Positions 15,171-20,000 of a stretch of 20,000 nucleotides of DNA are shown one piece after another. The stretch is from an uncultured virus (IMG/VR IMGVR_UViG_3300031276_000162) (taxonomy: Duplodnaviria; Heunggongvirae; Uroviricota; Caudoviricetes), in IMG/VR virus record IMGVR_UViG_3300031276_000162; one strand, given 5' to 3'. A program made the position numbers and the translations under genes. Position 1 is the stretch's first letter; each line of letters starts with the position of its first letter. A model generated the notes under the pieces. That model saw nothing but the letters and a program-made list of their open reading frames with translations. It had not been told where the DNA came from and ran no database searches.

Positions 15171-16177
15171 GACGCGGCGTTCCCGGCGGCGTCGGCGGCT
15201 TCTCGTTGGGCGAGCTTGAGGTCGTGGTCGACCATCAATCTTACCAGTTGAGCGAAGGAGGTGCGTGGCTGCCAACCCAGCACCCGGCGTGCCTTGGCCG
15301 CGTCGCCACAGAGGTGGTGGACCTCGGCGGGGCGCTCGTAGCGAGCGTCGTGCTGGACGTAGTAGCGGTAGTCGAGCCCCACGTGACCGAAGGCATGACC
15401 GCAGAACTCCCGCACGCTGTGGCTTTCGCCGGTGGCGATGACGAAGTCGTCCGGCTCGGCAGTCTGGAGCATCATCCACATGGCCTCGACATAGTCCTGG
15501 GCGTGTCCCCAGTCCCGCTTGGCGTCGAGATTGCCGAGGTAGAGCGCGTCTTGCAGGCCGTGCTTGATACGGGCTGCGGACCTGGTGATCTTGCGGGTGA
15601 CGAAGGTTTCTAATCTGCGCTCAGATTCGTGATTATGCAGGATCCCATTCGCGGCGAACATCCCGTAGGCTGCCCGGTAGGTCTTGGTGATGTGGTAGGC
15701 GTAGACCTTGGCAACGGCGTAGGGGCTGCAGGGCTGGAACACGGTGCTCTCGCTCTGGGGCGCAGGCGCATTGCCGAACATCTCGCTGGAGGATGCCTGG
15801 TAGAAGCGGGCGTTCGGCGCGACCTGGCGCATGGCTTCGAGCAACCGTACGGCGCCGAGCGCCACGGTCTCGCCGGTGTACTCGGGCACGTCGAAGCTCG
15901 TGCGCACATGACTCTGGGCGCCGAGGTTGTAGATCTCGTCGGGCTTGGACTGCTCCAGCGCGGAGCGCAGCGATGAGCTGTCGGTCAGATCCCCGTAGAT
16001 GAGCCGCAGCCGCGGGTCATCCGTGTGCGGGTCCTGGTACAGGTGGTCGATGCGGCCCGTCGTGAACGTGCTGGAGCGCCGGATGAGCCCCCAGACCTCA
16101 TAGCCCTTGGCGAGGAGCAGCTCGGCCAGGTAGGAGCCGTCCTGGCCGGTGATGCCGGTGATCAGGGCGCGGGGCAT
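15167..16177 (-). CDS. gmd: GDP-mannose 4,6-dehydratase
   Basis: [89 protein letters not shown] before ATG 16177. Confidence 0.97.
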   Translation of the reverse strand: MPRALITGITGQDGSYLAELLLAKGYEVWGLIRRSSTFTTGRIDHLYQDPHTDDPRLRLIYGDLTDSSSLRSALEQSKPDEIYNLGAQSHVRTSFDVPEYTGETVALGAVRLLEAMRQVAPNARFYQASSSEMFGNAPAPQSESTVFQPCSPYAVAKVYAYHITKTYRAAYGMFAANGILHNHESERRLETFVTRKITRSAARIKHGLQDALYLGNLDAKRDWGHAQDYVEAMWMMLQTAEPDDFVIATGESHSVREFCGHAFGHVGLDYRYYVQHDARYERPAEVHHLCGDAAKARRVLGWQPRTSFAQLVRLMVDHDLKLAQREAADAAGNAAS

Positions 16178-16218
16178 GGCGGGCGACTCTCCGGGACCGC
16201 TGGGTGCTCCATGGCGCG

Positions 16219-16248
16219 AAGGTACCACCGGTGCGCGGCGGTGCGCAA
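16219..16248 (-). promoter_or_regulatory. Putative promoter TTGCGC-N18-TACCTT (TG-extended) heading the gmd operon
   Basis: In the 16178-16252 gap, correct orientation, 18 bp spacer. Confidence 0.45.
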
Positions 16249-16252
16249 GAAC

Positions 16253-16504
16253 CTAGTAGACGCTGTGCCAGGGCAGTGATGCAGGGCGCAGAATGAGGAA
16301 GACGCGGTGCTCAGTCGCCCAGCAGTAGCCCGCGCCGGTCTTGCGCTCCTCCACGTGGACGACGTCGATCACCTCGTAGTCGCGCGGCAAATCCTCTCCG
16401 TCCTGGATCTCGTTGGCCGTGTAACGTACGCGCTCGCCGCTCCGAGGCGCCTGGCGGGGGTTCCACGCTTTGACGACGATGCCCTGCGGGTTTTCTACTG
16501 CCAT
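16253..16504 (-). CDS. Small hypothetical protein (83 aa, MAVENPQGIVVKAWNP...)
   Basis: GAGGAG RBS before ATG 16504 and GC3 bias. Overlaps the upstream gene stop by 10 bp. Confidence 0.65.
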   Translation of the reverse strand: MAVENPQGIVVKAWNPRQAPRSGERVRYTANEIQDGEDLPRDYEVIDVVHVEERKTGAGYCWATEHRVFLILRPASLPWHSVY

Positions 16505-16947
16505 CGGGTATGCTCCTCGGCGATCTCGAAACACTTCTGGCGCGCCCGCTCGATCGCGGCGCAAACGCGCAGGATGGTGGGCTCGTGGCCGCCGCAGCGC
16601 TCCGCGAGCCAGCGGGCGGCGTCGCTGGGTTGCGACAGCGGCGCCCATCCCGACGGCCGGCGGCCCTTGGGGAGCGCCTCGAACAACGTGCCGAGGTCGA
16701 AGAAGAGCCGCTCCGTGCTCTTCGGGGCGGGTTGCCGGAGCCAGAAGACGCATCGCGCCCCGCGGCGCAGTCGGCACCGCACGCCGATCCCCGTCCTACG
16801 TGAGGGCTGGTGGGCGCTGATGGCCACTCGGCACATGTGCCGCGCGCCCTCGAAGCTCTGCATCCCCGCCAAGAACAGCGCTTGGGCGGGCCGCGGGTGG
16901 CCGTTCAGGATCGCGCAGGCCAGTTTGCGTTGGAGCTTGGTTGCCAC
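16495..16947 (-). CDS. Hypothetical basic protein (150 aa)
   Basis: GTG start 9 bp after the ATPase stop with a GAGGTG RBS. Fills the gap in the operon. No recognised motif. Confidence 0.55.
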   Translation of the reverse strand: MATKLQRKLACAILNGHPRPAQALFLAGMQSFEGARHMCRVAISAHQPSRRTGIGVRCRLRRGARCVFWLRQPAPKSTERLFFDLGTLFEALPKGRRPSGWAPLSQPSDAARWLAERCGGHEPTILRVCAAIERARQKCFEIAEEHTRWQ

Positions 16948-16956
16948 GCGCCCACC

Positions 16957-18114
16957 TCACCGATTCTGCAGCAGCCCCGCCCGCTGGAACAGCTCAATGA
17001 ATGGGTCCAGCTCCTTGAGATCCCCGAGCCGCGCCCGGATTGCCTCGGGCATCTGCTCGATGAGCACGGTGACGGCGGCTGCTGCCACGTCAGACTTGCC
17101 GGCGACCTGGGCCGCGCGCGCAAACACGCGCATCCCGGCGATCCAGCGCTCCGGCGTGGGGTCCGTCATGACGGCGCCTGCCACGCTGCTCATGATGGCG
17201 TAGGCGCGGTCGGCCCGCTCGGGGAGCACCAGCCGCGACGGGTCGGCGAGCAGATCGCGCGGGTCCGGCAGGTCGAGGTCGCGGGCGTAGGTCAGAAACT
17301 CGCGGGCTAGGCCCGGCCCGACGCAGCCGCCGATCAGGATGGCCACCACGTCCCCTTCGAGCGGTTCCCCGAGGGCGAGACAGGCCGCGAGCAGGTCGCG
17401 TGCCCAGTGCCAGGTGCGGAAGGAGGGCCAGGAGCCACTGCGCTGGTCGGCGGAGTCCGGACACTGCTGCATGTGCGCCGGGAAGCTCCGGCAGTAGCCG
17501 CTGATCCACCCCTTGGTGCGAGGCAGAAAACGTGCGCGCCAATCCTGGGGCAGGGCGGCCGGCGCGGGCGGAGGCGGGAAGTCGGCGATCTGCTGCTTGT
17601 CCCACCACTCGGCGGGTGGGTTCCACGCGATGTGGACGAAGCGGTTGGCCAGCGCCGCGCTCAGCTGGTAGCCACCCTCGGCGCTGTCGGGAGGGTTCAT
17701 GGCGCTGACGGTGGCGAGGTTGTCGATCCGCACCTCGCCCCAGACGCTCTCCATGACGCCGCGCAGCGCCGCGGCACGCGTGGCCGGCGGCGCGCTGCTC
17801 AACTCATCGAGGAAGAGACCCACCGACTGCCCATTCTGCGCGGCATGTAGCTCATGCACCCAGCGATTGGGCAGCAGGGCGACATAGCGGTCGCCGCCCT
17901 CAGTCTTCGAGGGCACCGGGTAGCCGCCGAAGTGCGCCGGCTCGTGCAGGGCGGCGATGCAGGTTTCGTGGGCGGCGCAGGTGCTGTCCAGGATGGTTTC
18001 GACGATGCTGGTCTTGGCATTGCCGGGCTCACCCTCCAGCAGCACGGGAGTGCGGGTGCGCACGGCGATGCCGACGGCGCGGATGGTTGCCTCAAAGCGC
18101 TGAAGGGTACTCAC
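16957..18114 (-). CDS. MoxR-like AAA+ ATPase (AAA_5 type, partner of DUF2201 proteins)
   Basis: Walker A GEPGNAKT, Walker B LFLDELSSAPP, sensor AMNPP, arginine finger ALANRF, PSFRTW. GTGA overlap with the upstream ORF puts the start at 18114. Confidence 0.9.
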   Translation of the reverse strand: MSTLQRFEATIRAVGIAVRTRTPVLLEGEPGNAKTSIVETILDSTCAAHETCIAALHEPAHFGGYPVPSKTEGGDRYVALLPNRWVHELHAAQNGQSVGLFLDELSSAPPATRAAALRGVMESVWGEVRIDNLATVSAMNPPDSAEGGYQLSAALANRFVHIAWNPPAEWWDKQQIADFPPPPAPAALPQDWRARFLPRTKGWISGYCRSFPAHMQQCPDSADQRSGSWPSFRTWHWARDLLAACLALGEPLEGDVVAILIGGCVGPGLAREFLTYARDLDLPDPRDLLADPSRLVLPERADRAYAIMSSVAGAVMTDPTPERWIAGMRVFARAAQVAGKSDVAAAAVTVLIEQMPEAIRARLGDLKELDPFIELFQRAGLLQNR

Positions 18115-18452
18115 GCGCGCCACCGCTTGGCGTAGTGCCTGATCAGGCGGGCGAGCGTAGGAGAGGTACGAGTTCTAGCATGCAGCGCAGGACGACCCTG
18201 GTTCGTGCGCCACAGCTGAAGCTCGTGCACCAGCCGCGCGAGCATGTAGTAGTCGTCGCGGTCGAGGTCGCCAGCGGTGGTCAGGTCTGCACTGTCCGGA
18301 TCATGCTCAGGCGGCCCATCATCGGGGCTGTCGTCGGCGCACAGCTCGGCAAAGCCCCAGCAGGCTTCGAGCAGGTCGGCCTTGGAAACCAGTTCGCCCA
18401 GGCTCTGGGCCAAGTGCGGTACGGCCGCGCGTCGTTTTCCACGTTCGGACAT
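18111..18452 (-). CDS. Hypothetical protein (113 aa)
   Basis: Strong AAAGGAG RBS before ATG 18452. Stop coupled to the ATPase start. Confidence 0.7.
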   Translation of the reverse strand: MSERGKRRAAVPHLAQSLGELVSKADLLEACWGFAELCADDSPDDGPPEHDPDSADLTTAGDLDRDDYYMLARLVHELQLWRTNQGRPALHARTRTSPTLARLIRHYAKRWRA

Positions 18453-18505
18453 TGGTTGCTCCTTTGAATGTTCTACGCCACGGCGGCGACGTTGCTTCCC
18501 TCAAC

Positions 18506-18535
18506 TTGACGATACGGCCGCACCGGCGGTATCAT
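18506..18535 (+). promoter_or_regulatory. Near-consensus sigma70 promoter TTGACG-N18-TATCAT
   Basis: 5/6 matches to both TTGACA and TATAAT in a GC-rich background. Lies in the divergent gap upstream of 18604. Confidence 0.65.
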
Positions 18536-18603
18536 GAGGACAGACAGCCCCGCAAGGGAAGGTTCTGGGGGCGGCGGGCGTAGGACGAACGAGGAGATTG
18601 AGC

Positions 18604-18978
18604 ATGACTGACGACGACCAGCCCCGTGGACCAGCCCCGATGCTCTTCGGCCGCCCGCTGACGTGGGAGGCTCCCAAGAATGGCATACCGGGCCGTTGGC
18701 TGCTGCGCTTGGCTTCTCCCGAGGTCACCATTCTGGTATTGCCATCCACCTACCCCGAGCATCACCGGGACATGATTACGGCGCAGCCGCTGCAGAACGA
18801 GATGCGCGGCATCTTCCCGCACATCCAGCGCTGGGCCGATGAGTACACGGTGCAGGATGTGTGTGACAGCATTGAAGATCACGTATTCCTGTGGCATCAG
18901 CAGTTGGGGCGGCTCCTGGAGAGGGCAAAGTCGACGCGGCCGAAGGACGTGATCGACCGAGTCTTCGCGGAGGACTGA
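18604..18978 (+). CDS. Hypothetical protein (124 aa)
   Basis: GAGGAG RBS then ATG 18604, GC3 bias. Confidence 0.7.
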   Translation: MTDDDQPRGPAPMLFGRPLTWEAPKNGIPGRWLLRLASPEVTILVLPSTYPEHHRDMITAQPLQNEMRGIFPHIQRWADEYTVQDVCDSIEDHVFLWHQQLGRLLERAKSTRPKDVIDRVFAED

Positions 18979-18982
18979 GGCG

Positions 18983-19372
18983 ATGAAGTTCCTGTACGCG
19001 GGCCTGCCGCCCCCGGAAGCGGTCCAGGAGCAGCTGGGCGCGGCGGCCGAAGCTCTGGAGGCCGGGGCCGCCATAGCGTGGCGCGTGATGGAGTCGCAGC
19101 AGCAGCGGCCCGGCGAATTCTTCGCCCTGTTCTTGGCCATAGATGATCTGCCGCCCACGATGACCATGTTTCGGGTTGAGCAGCTGGAATCCAACCCAGA
19201 CTTGCGGGATGTGTTCGACAATCTTCCCGGTGGCACGCGTCAGGAGTTCGAGTCAGCGCTGACGCGCGACGCCGGCGGGATGCTGCGCGTTTTGTACGTG
19301 GGGTTTCTGGATGGTCACAGCTGCTGCGTTGCATTGTGGATTCCTCCTCCCGGCCAAGGCATACCCTCGTGA
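18983..19372 (+). CDS. Hypothetical protein (129 aa)
   Basis: Starts 4 bp after the previous stop with a GAGG RBS. GC3 bias. Stop overlaps the next GTG. Confidence 0.7.
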   Translation: MKFLYAGLPPPEAVQEQLGAAAEALEAGAAIAWRVMESQQQRPGEFFALFLAIDDLPPTMTMFRVEQLESNPDLRDVFDNLPGGTRQEFESALTRDAGGMLRVLYVGFLDGHSCCVALWIPPPGQGIPS

Positions 19373-20000
19373 GCGACGACATCTTCAGTCTCATCCGACT
19401 GCACGCGGTGGCCGTGCGTCCCTACTATGCACGCGCGCTGTTTGCGGCCACCCCCATGCGGGTGGAGAAGCTGGGCACGTTTGCCATCGATCGCTGGGCG
19501 CGCGTCTACTACGACGACGAGATCATCGACCCGAGCCTCCGCCCGGGCAAGCTGCCCGACGGTCGGCAGAAGAACACCCTGCCGGAGGGGGGGAGCATCC
19601 TCATCCACGAGGTGGAGCACTGGCTGCGCAAGCACTTCGTGCGCGCCGAGGTGATCGTGAAGGCCAGCGTGCTGCCGGCGCTGACTGCGCGCTTCATCAA
19701 TCTCGCTCAGGACGCGGAGATCAACGATGACTTGGTCGAGCAGCATCTCCCCATGTGGCGTGACGTGCCGCCCGTGTATCCGCGCGACTTTGGTTGGCCG
19801 GATGGATTGCTCTGGGAGGAGTACTACGGCTTCATCCGGAAGGATCTCCCGAACATCGAGCAGCGGGTGCTCAAGCAACTCCAGGACGCGACCCGCCAGC
19901 CGCCGGAGCAGTGGCTGCCGAGCATCGCGGCCGACCTGGGCAAGTACGGCCAGGTAGTGGTCGCTCTGCAGTGTGGCAGCGGCGCCCATGGCCTTGGGCA
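19369..20000 (+). CDS. DUF2201-type putative metallopeptidase (N-terminal part; VWA-like domain expected beyond the window); 3' truncated
   Basis: Missing from the ORF track because there is no stop. My translation from GTG 19369: MSDDIFSLIRLHAVAVRPYYARALFAATPMRVEKLGTFAIDRWARVYYD...ILIHEVEHWLRKH...NLAQDAEIND...WEEYY...CGSGAHG. HExxH, N.A.D.EIND and CGSGA.G are characteristic. Confidence 0.88.
   Translation, partial: MSDDIFSLIRLHAVAVRPYYARALFAATPMRVEKLGTFAIDRWARVYYDDEIIDPSLRPGKLPDGRQKNTLPEGGSILIHEVEHWLRKHFVRAEVIVKASVLPALTARFINLAQDAEINDDLVEQHLPMWRDVPPVYPRDFGWPDGLLWEEYYGFIRKDLPNIEQRVLKQLQDATRQPPEQWLPSIAADLGKYGQVVVALQCGSGAHGLG

Noticed and set aside
18547..18575. CCC-GCAA-GGG tetraloop hairpin in the leader after the strong promoter as a riboswitch or ncRNA
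   Set aside because: The stem is only about 3 bp in a leader of about 60 nt, with no recognisable RNA family architecture.
1..20000. Annotating the window as a definite prophage or phage feature
   Set aside because: No terminase, capsid, tail, integrase or att site is visible. Phage origin remains an inference from gene content and organisation.

Overview
A GC-rich, gene-dense window. Its centre (about 729-16177) is a roughly 15.5 kb glycosylation island. The island carries a GDP-perosamine-type sugar pathway: gmd, a Per/DegT aminotransferase, a PerB/PglD/NeuD-like acetyltransferase and a sugar N-formyltransferase. It also has two SAM methyltransferases, a DUF4254-like small protein, a probable beta-propeller and about ten glycosyltransferase-like genes. 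Eight of those fall into three locally expanded paralog families (four plus two GT9-like GT-B, and two GT-A). I see no flippase, polymerase, ABC exporter, ligase or priming transferase in the window. A myxobacterial-style FGE/SUMF1-domain lipoprotein gene is inserted in the island. The flanks look like a phage or other mobile element: a very acidic protein (about 30% Asp+Glu), short orphan ORFs, a MoxR-like AAA ATPase and a divergent DUF2201-type HExxH metallopeptidase gene that runs off the window and is missing from the ORF track. Five intergenic gaps share a TTGnnn-N18-(T/C)AnnnT promoter layout. My best hypothesis, which is inference only, is a cytoplasmic glycan-decoration system on a large phage or mobile element, acting on virion, protein, DNA or host surface. 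No virion hallmark gene is present to prove this. All family calls come from motif recognition by eye, not database searches.
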